Positions 40,317 to 53,826 of a stretch of DNA of 64,000 bases are shown here, piece after piece. The translations under genes were made by a program, and so were the position numbers. Under the pieces are notes generated by a model. That model saw only the letters and a program-made list of their open reading frames with translations, ran no database searches and had not been told where the DNA came from. The DNA comes from Lobosporangium transversale (Eukaryota): the NCBI RefSeq assembly GCF_002105155.1, contig NW_019028989.1, positions 682,001 through 746,000 on the forward strand, given 5' to 3'. How positions within the stretch are numbered: the first letter of the stretch is position 1; each line of letters starts with the position of its first letter.

Positions 40317-41979
40317 ATGGGATTACCGCAACCTATAGCAAAGCTGCTGCGATACGGCGTGCTGGCATACCTCGCAGGCTCAGTTGTATTTACGCTACAC
40401 ACCCATTTCAACCAGATCCAGGATTCTGAAGTTATACAGGACCTCAAACCTAGAGCTTTGCTGGAGCCGGGACAAGCAATATTCGATGTCGAGAGCATAG
40501 TTTACTCGAACCAGCTCATAGAATGGAAGTGTATGTTCAACAGCGGGGCTTTAAGTTCATTAACACACGTAGTCAACATTGGCTTTAAAATACAACAAAA
40601 GCCCAATAGAGTTTTTTTTTTACTCACATATTGAATTGTTGAACTCTTTTAGCGCCCAGCGATTTTCCCACCCACCAGACCAAAGAAGACGCTGTGATTC
40701 ATAAGATTTTTGCAAACACCATGCAACCGTCAAAAGTCTTGCCGTACTACTTCAAGGCAGGGAGGAAATTTGATCCAGAGGCAGTGACCATTACAACTTT
40801 AATTACTTTCGATCGATACCCTATTTTCAGTAAATTAGTCACCAACTACCAGGGCCCTATCTCAGTCAGTATCCATGTCAACGACGACGAGAACCGGGAC
40901 GAGAACCTGTCAAAGTTGCATGACATGTACAATTCCAACCCATTTATGAAAGAATTCGTAGATGTGCATGTCGTCGTTGATAAATTTGACCGTCAATTCA
41001 ACATGTGGCGCAATGTTGCCAGGTTCTTTGCTAGAACAAATTACTTTATGATGCTCGATGGTAAAAACTCAATGGAAGTATAGACCATGTTATTGTAACT
41101 CTATTCTAATCGACTTGCTGACATATATCTTCATTCATGGTCTACATTTGCTTTGTATTCCTTGCCTAGTTGACTTTCATATCTGCACAAATTTAAAGCA
41201 TCATTTATCATTGGACCCCGAGGCTCAGAAGCTTATGCGGTCAGGAGCAGCAGTGTTATTACCCGCATTCGAATATGTTAATCAGGATGATGGAATCGAC
41301 TCGGCGACATTCCCAAAGGACAAGGAGTCGGCAATCCGCCTGGTGCAGGAAAAGAAGTTGACAGTATTTCATGACTTTTTTCTCAAGGGCCATGGCGCGA
41401 CAAACTACGAGCGTTGGTACAAAACTGATTCTGTCTACAAAGTGACGGAGTATCAGCACTCGTATGAACCATACGTGATCCTCAAAAAGGAAGGAACACC
41501 ATGGTGTGACGAGCGATTTGTTGGCTACGGAGCTAATAAAGCAGTACGTTCCGGTTTCTTTCACGACTTGGCTTTTTTTTTTTTTTTTTTTTTTTCCGCA
41601 ATGATTGAGAAAAGAGGAAAGAAAGAAAACGATTACTTACTCTCACCCTTCTATTTACTATTTTTTTTTTTTTTTTTTTTTTTCAACATCTGCTCAGGCA
41701 TGCCTATTTGAGATTTATATCTCTGGAATTGACTACTATGTACTGCCTCACGACTTTTTGATCCACCAATCTCATCCATACAAAGAGGAAACTCGGAAAC
41801 AAGAACGCAAGTACAATCGAAAGCTTTATCAAAACTTCCAAGAGGAGGTCTGTTTCCGATACGCTATGAGGTTCGTACACGCCAATCTCTGGGATTCTCC
41901 GAAGGCTAATAATCTAAAGGAACAGTGTAACAAAATTCGAGGCTTCAAGCAGGCTATGACACAGTTCAGTCAGCTCTGA
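40317..41979 (+). CDS. Glycosyltransferase family 49 (LARGE/B4GAT1-like), type II membrane protein, multi-exon
   Basis: N-terminal TM segment; YQGPISVSIH, FNMWRNVAR..TNYFMMLD|VDF (DxD), LPAFEY, SYEPYV, WCDERFVGYGANKA, FLIHQSH. Confidence 0.85.
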
Positions 41980-42308
41980 ACAGGAAAATAAGACTGATCT
42001 TACGATATAGAAATGCATAGAGTATAAATAATAAAAAAGAAGAGTAAAGATGTGTAATCAGCTGGGGAGATTTCCTTCCAAGGATCACTTAATAAATACG
42101 TGAATCTGCTCAGCCTTCAAAATTATTTGCTTTTATTAAGAAGATTGGCAACATCGATTCTACAAAACAAGAGCATTGGCATAAAAAAAAAAAAAAAAAA
42201 GAACTTGTATAAACAAATTCACCTCTAGGATCACCTCATTGTCCTGTTCAATCCGATACAACAGCAACAGCTACAGTAGCAGCTACATTTCTCTCTTCTC
42301 AAACAATA

Positions 42309-43979
42309 ATGACATCAGGATCATCATCCACTAGTTCCGCAGCTCCTTCGCCCACAGCATTTCCTGGACCTTCTGCTGCTTCCACTCCAACTCCATCGAC
42401 ACCCACTACAGTAGCAGGCGTTACTGCACCTGCACCACGGAAACGAAAGAATGCAGCTGTGATGCCTTCATTACCCAAACCCAAAAAACAAAAGCTACAT
42501 CGAAACCTTGATAATATTGTTGCAAGAAAGCAATTACCTGATGTTCCCACTGGCGCGAATGCGGGTGGTAACAAGACAGGACAACGTATGGTCAAGGGGC
42601 CTTACAAGAAACGAGAAAAGAAAGCGGATAATAAGGACGGCAAGAAGGGCGCTGGAGGAGATACAGCTCCTTCGACACCTGGAGGAGGAATAGGAGCATC
42701 GTCTTCTAAAAAAGGTAAAGGAGGAAAAGGAAATATGGGTAATACTGCTTCAGCTGCGGGGTCTATAGCATCAGGAATGGCAGCATCAACAGCAGCAGCA
42801 CATTCCTTAGGAGGGATTGGAGGAGTAGATGCGGATGGAACTAATGGATTTGGACAAGGTGGGTATCAACTGGGCATCAAGAACGAGGATGATGATGAGA
42901 CAGAAAGCCGTGCAGGACCGAGTCAAGCTATTGATGGAGATGGAAATCCCATTACCGGAGAGGCTGGAGGTGACGCTGGAGGTGAAGGCAAAGAGGATGA
43001 GGATGATGAACATGAAGAGGAACCAGAGTATACTGATTATGAATGGAGTCAGGAGGCCAATGCTAGGGGACGAAGTAAAGAGGAACTCAAGTAAGCCTAC
43101 AATGCAGCTGAAAAAAAAAAAAAAAAAAAAAAAAAAGGCTGAACTGTATGATTATTTGTAGTAACCATGTATCCTTCTCTGGGTAGAGCGCTACTCGACT
43201 GCTTCTCTGAGGAACAACTACAACGCTATGAAGTGTACCGTCGATCTGTACTTAGTAAATCAACTATTAAGAAGGTAAAAAAAAAAAAAAAAGGAATTTT
43301 TTATTTTTTATTCTATCCTTTTAATTTTATTTTGATTCCAATTAAATCTTGATTTAAAACTAATCTCATTTTTATTCTCACTTTTATTTATTTTGATTTT
43401 CTATCTCCTAACTCTTGATTTATTAAAAAAAAAAGTTGGTAGGAACCATCTTGAATCAGCAAGTCACCCAAACAATGGCATTTGTTGTAGCAGGCTTTTG
43501 TAAGGTCTTTGTGGGCGAGATGGTTGAAAAGGGTAAGTAAAACCTAACTTTCATTCACTTGCTCTACTTTGTTATATGACACTTTTTTTTTTTTTTTTTT
43601 TTTTTTTTCACTTGACTTGACTTGACTTGGCTTGGCACTGACTTTACATTGCTCGTCTCTTTTAACTTCTTAATTTTCTATTCATTTTACTTGCTTTGGT
43701 TTGGTTAATGTTATTAATATCACTATTATTTTTGTTTACCATTATTATTATTGATATTGATATTGATGTTGTTATTGTTATTGCTATTGTTATTGATATT
43801 GTTATTATTAATATTGTTTACTATAAGCTCGGGAAGTAATGGAAGACTGGGGTGAGACAGGCCCAATTCGACCTGAACACCTTCGAGAAGCTCAGAGGCG
43901 GCACAAGAAAAAGGAGCTTCAACGAGGACAAGGTGTCAGGACTCCCTATGGATACAAACGACGCATGTTTTGTAGATAA
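42309..43979 (+). CDS. TAF11: TFIID subunit TAF11 (multi-exon)
   Basis: FSEEQLQRYEVYRRS.LSKSTIKK|LV..ILNQ..VAGFCKVFVGEMVEK|AREVMEDWGETGPIRPEHLREA histone fold after a low-complexity N-terminus. Confidence 0.92.
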
Positions 43980-45708
43980 AAATATTGAAAGTTAGAAAAA
44001 TCAATTTGTCAATAAATTGTCCGCCCTGCCCTCTTCTTCCGATCATCCCCATTCACGTTCATGACATATGAATACACATGTGTGCATCTTTGCTTGGCTT
44101 GGTTTATAACCCATCTTGTTCCTCACATCTCTCGCCCTCTTTCATATTCTTTCTCTCCTTCTCCCAACTTTTCTCTCTCTATCTCTATCTCTCTCTCGCA
44201 CATGTATATACAATAAAAGAAAACAGGGGTAGTGGAGAAAAGAAGAGAGAGAGAGCGGGGGGGAGGGGTAAGAGGGGGATGTGTATAACAAGTGTGAGAG
44301 AGACAAATCTTTGGCGGGATCAAGTTGAGCCAAATCACATGTAACATTTTTCCGTAGAAGATGTAGACGATTTCGTAGGACAAATTTTGGCGGGATGGCG
44401 GGAAGAAAAAGAGAGGGAGTAAAAAAAAAAAAAAAAAAAAAATGTATGGTCTAGAATAATAAAATAGCGCACAAAGAGTTGTGTGAATGTGCGTAATTTG
44501 TTTTGGTGCCTTGCTTGTCGCATGCATATTACGTATCCGATGGCATGTTCTCTCTTCTCTCTCTTTTTCTCTCTCTCTTCTTTCTCCTAATTATATTTAT
44601 ATATTCATATTTTATATAAATATATAATGTATTTGTCTATTTGTATATATTTGTATTTGTATTAAATTAACGAAATAAACAAATGAATACAAAAAGTAAA
44701 AATACACTTTGGTTTACTATTGTCCCCCCCTTTTTATATATGTATTAACATTAATTATGTGTTTTTCTCTGTTCCTTGATGACTCCATTCACCGTTGGAA
44801 GAAATGTTGTAGGGTCAATGTATTTATAAAAGATTGTGGATATTCGGAATATGTAAAACAGAAGGTGACAAATAGCATTGTCGATTCATTAATAACGTTG
44901 AAAGTGTAAATTAAAAAGAATAAAAAAAAAGGGGCGATAGATAGTTTGATTGTATATACTTTTTTTTTTTTGATTTGACTCCAACTCTTTTTATTTTTCC
45001 CTTCTTTTTTTTTTTTTTTTGTTTTACAACGTCTTTGTCTCTTTTTTTCCATTCCTCTTATGTTTCTTATGATTCACTTGATCAACAATGGCCATGCCAA
45101 CAATCCAGTATTGTCTACCTTTTTTGGTACTTTTTGGTCGTATGGCCCTTTTCTTCTCTTTTTTACTTTCAACCGTTGTTACTCAATAACCCAATTCAAT
45201 AAAAAAAATAAAAAAACTTTTTTTTAAATTTTTTTTTATTAAGTCTTTTTACGATACTGATTACTACATAATTGGCTTGGATATACAACAAAATCAAAAA
45301 GAAAAATGTAATTGGAATTGCATGCTTAAATAGACCTGATCTGACTCAGGCCCATTTCACGCGTCTTGCCAACAAGAAACCAAAAATAAAAAAAAAATAA
45401 AGTAAATAAAAATAAAGAGAGCACAAATCGGAAATGCAAAAAATAAAAAAGAAAAGAAAAAATAAATAAATGCAGACTGAAAAAGGTATCAAAAAGTAAA
45501 ACTAAACCTATCTTTAAAAAAGAAATATTATAGTACAACAAAAAAAAAAAAGAAAAGATAAAATAAAATAAAATAAAATAAAATAAAGGGTAACCAAGTG
45601 CTAGACTGCAATCAAGTGATGCAATCTGGTCACAAGAATGGGTAACAAAAAGGTGACATACGAGACTACACACGAGCTAAATAAGCAGCAGATCATCAAA
45701 TCAACCGT

Positions 45709-48700
45709 TTACTCGCTCATGCACTCATTCTCGCTCTCCTCTGCCTCCTCAAGGGCAGCACGGTGAATGATGTCGACCTCCTGTTGAGGAACACTCGAGA
45801 GGATCATGTTCTTGCCAACCATCGTCTTGTACAACGGTGTCGTTGGCAAATCCTCATCGTCCGAAGATGAATAATCAGATGATTCGTCGCTGTAATCATC
45901 CGATGAAGACGAGTAATCTGAATCATCTGTAGACTCATCATCCTGTGAAGAGTAATCATCCAAGGACGAATAATCGGTCGATCCCTCCGTAGACGAATCA
46001 GACGACTGCGAAGCTGACTCGTTGCAACGAGGAGGAACAACAAATGAGCTCAGCTTGACATCGCCAGATTGTGTCTTGTGTTCCAAATTCATAACAAATG
46101 GCTTTGTGAGCTAATTTCATCAAAAATCAGAGCACAGAATAAAATAATAATAATAATAATAATAACAAAAAAAAAAAAAAAAAAAAAAGTTAAAAATCAT
46201 AAAGTCATTTTAAAATTGAAGAACAAAGAGACAATAGAGTACCAACTTACATCTGCGGAACCATCATCGACTTGCATATAAGTCTCATAGGGAGTATTCA
46301 CAGCCAGAACCAGGGAATCTTGCAAAGAGTCAACCTTTTTGATATCATCCATGGTAACATAGGCATATCTATAGATTTGTCAAAAATAACTTGCGTCAGT
46401 TTCAAAAAAAGTTTAAAAGTGTCCAAGCGTGCAACATTCCAAGGTCTAAAGAAGATTATACACAATATGAAAAAGAAAAAGAAAAAAAAAAAAAAAGCTA
46501 CTGAATACATACCGAGCAGTGTTTTCATTGGTAAGAGTATCTCTGATGGCACCATCCACCTGGGACCTCATCTGCATCAAACGTGCATGTTCCTGCTCCA
46601 GACGAGCCTTCTCTTGCAATAGCTCCTCTTTACGCTGGCGGATGAGAGAGGGCGAGGCCGTTTTGCAACCCGCCGTTGATTTGTTGACTTTGCTCGTGGC
46701 GGAGACACCCCTAATGCACAAAATTAAAATTGCGGGAAAAAATAAATAAATAAATAAATAAGCGTCGGGTCAGTAAGGGGAGATGAGCAAAGATTCAATG
46801 ATAAACATGAAATAGACCCCTCTCCTTCAATTGTGTTGCATTCCTCTGTCCTCGCCTCTTCTCCCCTCCCCCTGGTCAGAAGTGATATTTAGTTGTCATC
46901 GACCTGCTGACCAGTCTGAGCGGAGCTACTCTGTGTTCGATCGCAAACCAAATGGTAACACAATAAACAATACCAAATATGCCAGTGCCACTATTGTCCG
47001 GGACAGACATGGTGCGCGCGCGGCTGTTCTGTCATTCGCTATTCTGTTTCCCTTTCTCGCCCTCACCCCTCACCCTTGTCACTTCTCTCCCCCCGTATTT
47101 TGTTCCATCTTGCTGTGCATGTCATCCAAGTCTGCCTTGTACCTTCTTGTTGAAGTTGTTGTAGTCTTTTTTTTTTTTTTTTTTTTTTTTTTAATAATGT
47201 TCGATCAAACATCCCTTTTTCGTTCTGCTCTGTATGTGTAAATCCCCATAGCCAACCTTACACAAAGACAACACGCATCACCAATGCTGTATCCCTCTTT
47301 GTCCTCAAGCACAATTCTTTTCTTTTTTTTCTTTTTTTTTTTTTTGGTGTGCCATTTCATTTGTCCCATGACCGCAAGGGCAGTAAGATGCACAAGAAAT
47401 TCCCGCATTATCAATGCTCCATGACTGATGGTCGAGACTCAAAATATACGCTTGACGTTTTGATATCCTGATCTGAGGATGGTGATGAGGATGATAGCAG
47501 TGTATAGGATTAAATAAAAGAACACTTACTTCCAGCGGACGTTATTCTTCTTGAACTTCTCAATAAGGTCAATTCCTTCCAAAACGTTCGTGATGTCATA
47601 GATTCGGCGCTTCTGCACATGGAGTCTCTCCGCAGTTTTGTTGAGATCCAATGTGCCACTCTCGTCCTTAAGAAGCTGAATGAACTGCCTGGTCAGCATC
47701 CCGAGAGAGCGTTCCGAGCGGCTAGAATCTAGTATGCCGTAGGATGAATGACAGACATAGAATAAAGTTAAGTAAGAGAGAAATAAGGATAGAAATAAAC
47801 AATCAGGAGCGTGGATCAAAGAGCATTTTTTTGTTGAATATTGATTTCCATCAAAACGGGACGGGAGATTTTTGGATCGCGCAAAAACACACGAATTAGT
47901 TGTTTGTATGCTGTACGAGTATGTATCTCTGTCTCTCCTTTGGCACTGCTTCTTCGTCCACCTATCCTCTGTCCTGCCGTTTCCTTTTTTTTTTTTTTTT
48001 TTTTTTTTTTTGTTGTTGTTGTGGTCGCAAATACTGGGCTTTGTACGGAGCAAATAGATATAGAGGAGAGGACGAAGGGTAGATGAGCAACCTACTCACT
48101 TCAGGAGTTGCTTCATCCTGCATCCAGTCGTCCAGTCACCCTCTTCAAAAGGTAAAAAAAATGTCCGGAATTTTTTGCTTAATGTGTCCATCATCCTGTC
48201 TCTGATCCGATAAATATATGGCGTGTCCATGAAACTATCTCCTTGAGTTGAGCCAAATGATCCGAAGAAGAAAAAATAAATAAATAAAAGTCTTTAATAT
48301 TTTACCTTTAGGAGCAGCAGATCCCTTTGGCTTGGCATTGTTTGCGGGGGAGTTATTGCCCTTGCGGCCACGCTTGCCAGTTGCCTTGACCAACGAAGGT
48401 ACGGGCTCGTGAGCAACATTCGATCGGTTCTAATAGTATGCGTGTGAAAATAATAAGAAATTTGAAGGTGTGAAAGAGCAATAGGGAGAGTTGAGAGCGA
48501 GAGAGAGGAAAGAATAAAGAAGTAAAGAGAGAGGTGAGCAACATGTTCATCAATCAAGGGTGCAACCACACTTCAACTATGATAAAATGCAATAAGACAG
48601 AAAAAGAGACGGATGAAGTGGGCGGCAGACGAAGAAAAGGGAAAGTAATAAAAATTGATTGAATGGGCAATTGGGTTGGAATATAGACTCAGGATATGGC

Positions 48701-49797
48701 GGACTATAGTAAACCGTAGGAAACACTTTGCTTCCAAAAGGCGGGAAAATTTTAAAAAAAAAAATGCTTATCAATTGAAATCAATAGGAGTGAATACTCC
48801 ATCCATAAAAAGGGCAGCTCCACCCGTAACTCGCTCAAAGAAGTACAAGAGTCACAACAACAAAAAAAAAAAAGACATTACGCTCATGTCATAAAGAGCG
48901 TGCACAGAGTTTAGAATGAATAAAGTAAAACAATACGAAATAAATAAATAGCCCGACAGTTACATCGAAACAAGCGCCCATAATCAAGTGGTGGTGTGAA
49001 CAAAAATAAAACCTGATTTCAATGAAGCGTGCAATGAAGCCAGAATGAGTGCAGTGTTTTTTTTTTTTTTGTCTGTGTCCTTCTTGTGCTGCTCTGTTCG
49101 TTTGAAACTTCCATTGCGCAAACGAGATCTCAATTGACCCGCCTCCGATGAGGAGAACATAATGAAATAATAAAATATGGTGGAACGGTGTATACTGTAT
49201 GAAGTATATTGTGTGTCTCCATATTGTCAGTGCCAGCCGCCATTCAGACTCCTGCCTGGCTCATCCCAAAAGAATCTTTTTTTTTTTTTTTTACAGGTGC
49301 TAATCCCGAGAGGCGCAGAGTGTGTGCTGTGTTGTTGTGTTTTCTGGTCACCTTTTTTTTCCCTCTCGTCTTTATCCTGGTTGACAGTGTCGAACTGTTT
49401 TGCTGTGTCTGCTTGTTTTCCAGTTGCGGTTTTGAAGGAATGGCGACAATTGAGCTCCATTCCTGTGATCACCCCATTGTGGACCCGAAATGCACTCATT
49501 CATCGAACAGAGGAGGGGAAGGAAAAGGAGAAAAAAGAGAAAACCAAAAAAGAACAGAAGAACATGGCTCCTTCAACTCTTGCCACACGAGACACAGCGC
49601 AATAATAACCATAATAATGATAATTATAAAAAATAAAAGAAAAAAGCTTCCTCTTCCATCCCATACAAAATAAAAACCTTTTGTTCGTTCTTTTTTCTTT
49701 TTTTGCTTACCTCTCTTTCGACCCAGGCGTGGTCCGGGTACGAGGACATGGTGGGCATGGTTGGCATCGCGGCCATGACATGAGCGGCTGAGGACAT
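45709..49797 (-). CDS. E2F: E2F-family transcription factor (multi-exon)
   Basis: [59 protein letters not shown] winged-helix DBD; coiled coil [10 protein letters not shown]; marked-box-like exon; acidic C-terminus. The first exon (MSSAAHV..ERE|gtaagc) is inferred. Confidence 0.9.
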
Positions 49798-52700
49798 GGT
49801 TATTGTGAACTGTGAGTGTTGAGAAAGAAGTTTATGAAAAAAAAGGCCTCGGAGGAAACCAGCGAGAATAGTGGGTTGAGGTGGTTGTGTGTGTGGATCG
49901 AGGTCTACAGGTGCTTGCTTGAGTGTCAAAGGCAGGTCCGAAAGGATTCTGTCCTTGTCTTGATAGAGAAACTTGTTTTTTTTTCTGGACGAGTGTCTTG
50001 ACGGATAGATAATCGACAGACGAATTCTGTTTTGGAGCGCGGTGTTCGATTCGATCTTGGGGTTACGAGCAAGGTCTTGTTTTTTCGAGAAGAGAATGCG
50101 ATCGCTTGATTTTTTCCTTTTTACGATGGCTCTTGGTTCGTCTTGAGCTTGAACTTGAACTTGGCTAGACTTGAACAAACGACGATGAGAGTACTTGTAG
50201 AATGAGAGTGGAAGTGGGAAGAGCGAGGGAGTGAGTTTGAGTGTGTGGTAGTGTAGAAGGTGGAAGGAAGTTGTAGTGTTGGAAAGTGGAAGAGGAGTGG
50301 ATGAGTGAAGAAGAAAGAAAAAAGAGAAAGCAGAGTTGAGAAGAATTGAACGCTTTTTATACCTGTCAGAAAAGCGAAAAAGTCGATGAAGGCGACGATG
50401 ACAAGCTCAAGAAAGAGCCGGATGGTCCTTGGACTGTTTTGTCTCTCTTTGGGGAAGGAGTGTCCTTTGGCTTGGACGGGTCCTTTGGGATGGAGGCAAT
50501 CCCAGCGACTGCTGAGCAGAGCAAAAAGTCAAAAAAAAGTGGGTGGAGTTCCCTCACTTTTTTTATTTTTTGGTTTTAGCACGCACGCAGAAAAAAAATT
50601 TCTTGCAGCAAAAAAAAAAAAAAAAAAAAAAGAAAATGCTGCCCTGAGCCTTTTGGTGGTGATTGAGATGTATTTATTATATTACAGTTGCTAGACTCGT
50701 ATAAACTTCCTTGACTCTGTCTTTTCTTCGTGCTTCACAAGGATATCAAGTATAAGGATAACGATATGGTGGACTGCACTGTATTAGATACTATGCGGAG
50801 GAAACAGTAGGCTGACTTATGTGATTCTTAAACAGATGTATGATATGTGATGTATGGTGTGCGTTGTGTAATGTATGTTGTGGATAAATGAAGGATGTTC
50901 TCGGTTTACGTTACTTTGCTTAGCGTTTGAATACCAATGTCTATTACCGGAAAGCCATAGTTCAGTACCAACGTAATATTAGATGAACAGAAGTGTAGCA
51001 TCTATCGCCTTGATCTAAGAACGTGTGCTAGAAACATTACCTCTTATGCTTTCTCTGCTTGAATGTTCACTTACATCTTTCCTTGCTTCGCGTGACGATG
51101 TAGATGTTGTGAACACGATTGAATTGTCATTTTGTTATATCTGAACATATAAAGAGAAAGCAATGAATTCCAGCATGCCTAAACCAACGAAGGATAGGAA
51201 TGGCGCGTCTAAGGAAAAAGGTGGCGGTCATTGAGACCAAAAAAGTATAAAAGGCTAGTCATGGAAGCATTCAAAAAGTTTATGAATATGATACATATTT
51301 GCGATGTTGCTGCAAGGTCCAACTCAAAAGGGAAGAGAGGGGGGGAAGGGGGGAAGGGGAAGGGAAAAAAGGAAGGAGAAAAGAATGGAAAGGTAAAGGT
51401 GAGAGTGCAATATCACCAAGACAGATAATATTGCTGTGTTTCTGCAGTCATGATAATGATGATGATGACGATGCTTATCGTTAGTTTACAATGATTCATA
51501 GCTACATTGGATACAAAAGAAACCAAAGCAATTGTTCTGGATCTGCAAACAACTTGAACTGTTGCTTGTTACTCGAGCTTTTGGCTTTAGAAATGAATAA
51601 AATGATTTCGGATACATGCACATGTCCAGACAAAGTGACAATCATTAGCAATACCAGCTTACACTGCAAACCAACTGTCGCTGCAAATTGTAAATAGAAA
51701 TACAGCTACAGCTACAACTACAATATCAGTCTCGATAACAATGATTACAACAAAATTGAGAACCGGTGCGAGAGGATGTCATTATGATCTGTTGTCATTT
51801 ACAGATCGCAAGTTACACTCAGTACCCCTGTCTGTTCTTGTCTTTCTTTCCAACCAACAAACTAAGAACGGGGATTTTTTATATTTTTTTACTTTTTATT
51901 TTATTAGTAAAACAGATATTGTTATTGTTTCTCAGATTATAGTAGCAGGAAAAAAAAAAAAAAAAAGAGTAATAAGGGGTAGGATTATGAGGATGAGATG
52001 AGAGGATGAAAGGATGTGAAAGTTGGTTCAAACAGGATACATACAGCAAGCACACAGCAACTTTCTCTTTTTGTTTTTGTTTTTTTTTTTTTTTTTTTTC
52101 TCCTGATGCTCTCTTCTTTGTCCTACCACTGGTCCATGTGCCAGTGCCAAACGTGCGTCTGCTTCCTGCTCTGTTCAGTTTGTTCTGTTTTTGCTCTATT
52201 GCCTTTGCTTGCGCTCATACTTGGAACCTATCGGGGCATGGACATGGACATTAAACATGTCCTAAATAAATTTGGAATGGTGTGGTGAATGGTATGAAAA
52301 TCCAAGTCTATGCAGTAGTTGGTTTTGAAAGTCAACTTTCTTTTTTATTCGATTAACGCCTTTTTATTTCAATCAATCAATCATTCAAGGACACTAACTA
52401 TGGCTCGCTTGCAATATACACATGTTCACCAAATACTCTGACTAGAACCACTTCACGTATCTGTACTTATCCTGCAATTGTTGTTCTCTTGTGTGTGTAC
52501 ACACCAAAAAGGAAGTTCAACTTGCGCCAATTGTCATCATCATGACCAAAAAGAAATTTAAAAGGACTCATCTCTTTTGCTTCTTCATTTTAACATCTTC
52601 ACTCACTTGACACACTCACTTTTTATCGTGTTATCTCTTCTACAAGATTATGTTTTTATTTTTTATTTTTTATTTTTATTTGTCTAAAAGAGTCAGGGGA

Positions 52701-53096
52701 TCATGGATAGAAGCAATGAGGTTTTGAGGCTTTAGATGTTGTATGCATATCGGGATGATTTCTACTTTTTGGAATAAAGCGTCTGTGAAAATGGATGGTG
52801 TGAATGTGGAGATGTGTTTGTGTAAATAATGTTTGTTGGTGATAGATTGCCACCAATAGCAACAACATCACGATCAGTGAAATAAGGGCATACCGCGGAA
52901 TCTTCCCGCCCTTTTTCCTACGGTAGATTTTTCTTTTCTTATCCCTCCTAGACAAACCCAGCTGCAAGCATAAACAAATTGGGACAGCCTACAGATACAT
53001 ATGAAACAGATTTAAACAAGGTAAACAGGAAAAAAAAAGGCGTAGACTCCATTCTAAATCTGGTTACATGTATACCATCCATATATTATTTATACT

Positions 53097-53215
53097 ACAC
53101 ACACTCACACACTCACACACTCACACTCACACTCACTCACCATGCACTCACACTCATCCATGCACTCACACTCATCCATGGACCCATACTCACACCTACA
53201 TTCACACCTACACTT
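53097..53215. repeat. (CACACT)n-like low-complexity repeat
   Basis: Visible acactcacacactcac.. array with degenerate 18-mers (catgcactcacactcatc). Confidence 0.8.
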
Positions 53216-53826
53216 GTGTGAAGACTATTGTTCAATAGAGAGAAAAAGAGCGACAGTGAGAGAGACAAAGAAAGAAGTTATAAAATGTGGCACCCCTAGT
53301 TGACTAACATTCCACATTGGTATGAAGCCATGAAGGTAATGGGGTGTAACATAGTCTTGAACGACGCCATGTGCTGTGTAGAGTTTGGGTTTTTGAGAAG
53401 TTTTGATCCCACGGCTGGTTTTCAGTCGTTCGTTTAAAAAATATGTATGATGGAATCATAACTTTTTCGGACCGGATCATCAAATGGCTTTGTGACTGGC
53501 CACATTTTTCAACTCGTTGTCTTGTCCTTGGTGTTTACTCAAGGGGACAAGAATCCGCCCTTCAACAAAACAACCCTCCAATTGGATAAATTTGGGGACT
53601 GTTCAAAAAGCTCCTATCATATACCGGCTCGGATGTTGACTGAACGGTTCATCTCATGCATGTCAGTAACATTGCAACACTATTCATCTTTTATCTCTCT
53701 TCTTTCTCTTCTTCTCTGCTTTCTACGCTCCCCTTTTCTTGTGCTCTTACTCTCACTTATCCCTTGGGCTTCTCCAAAAACATCCTTTTTCCCGGCTCTC
53801 TTTTTCAAAAAAAAAAAAAAGAAAAA

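Noticed and set aside
44000..53800. Many short ORFs rich in F/K/I in introns and intergenic DNA
   Set aside because: They are translations of poly-A/poly-T tracts and microsatellites with no coding signal.
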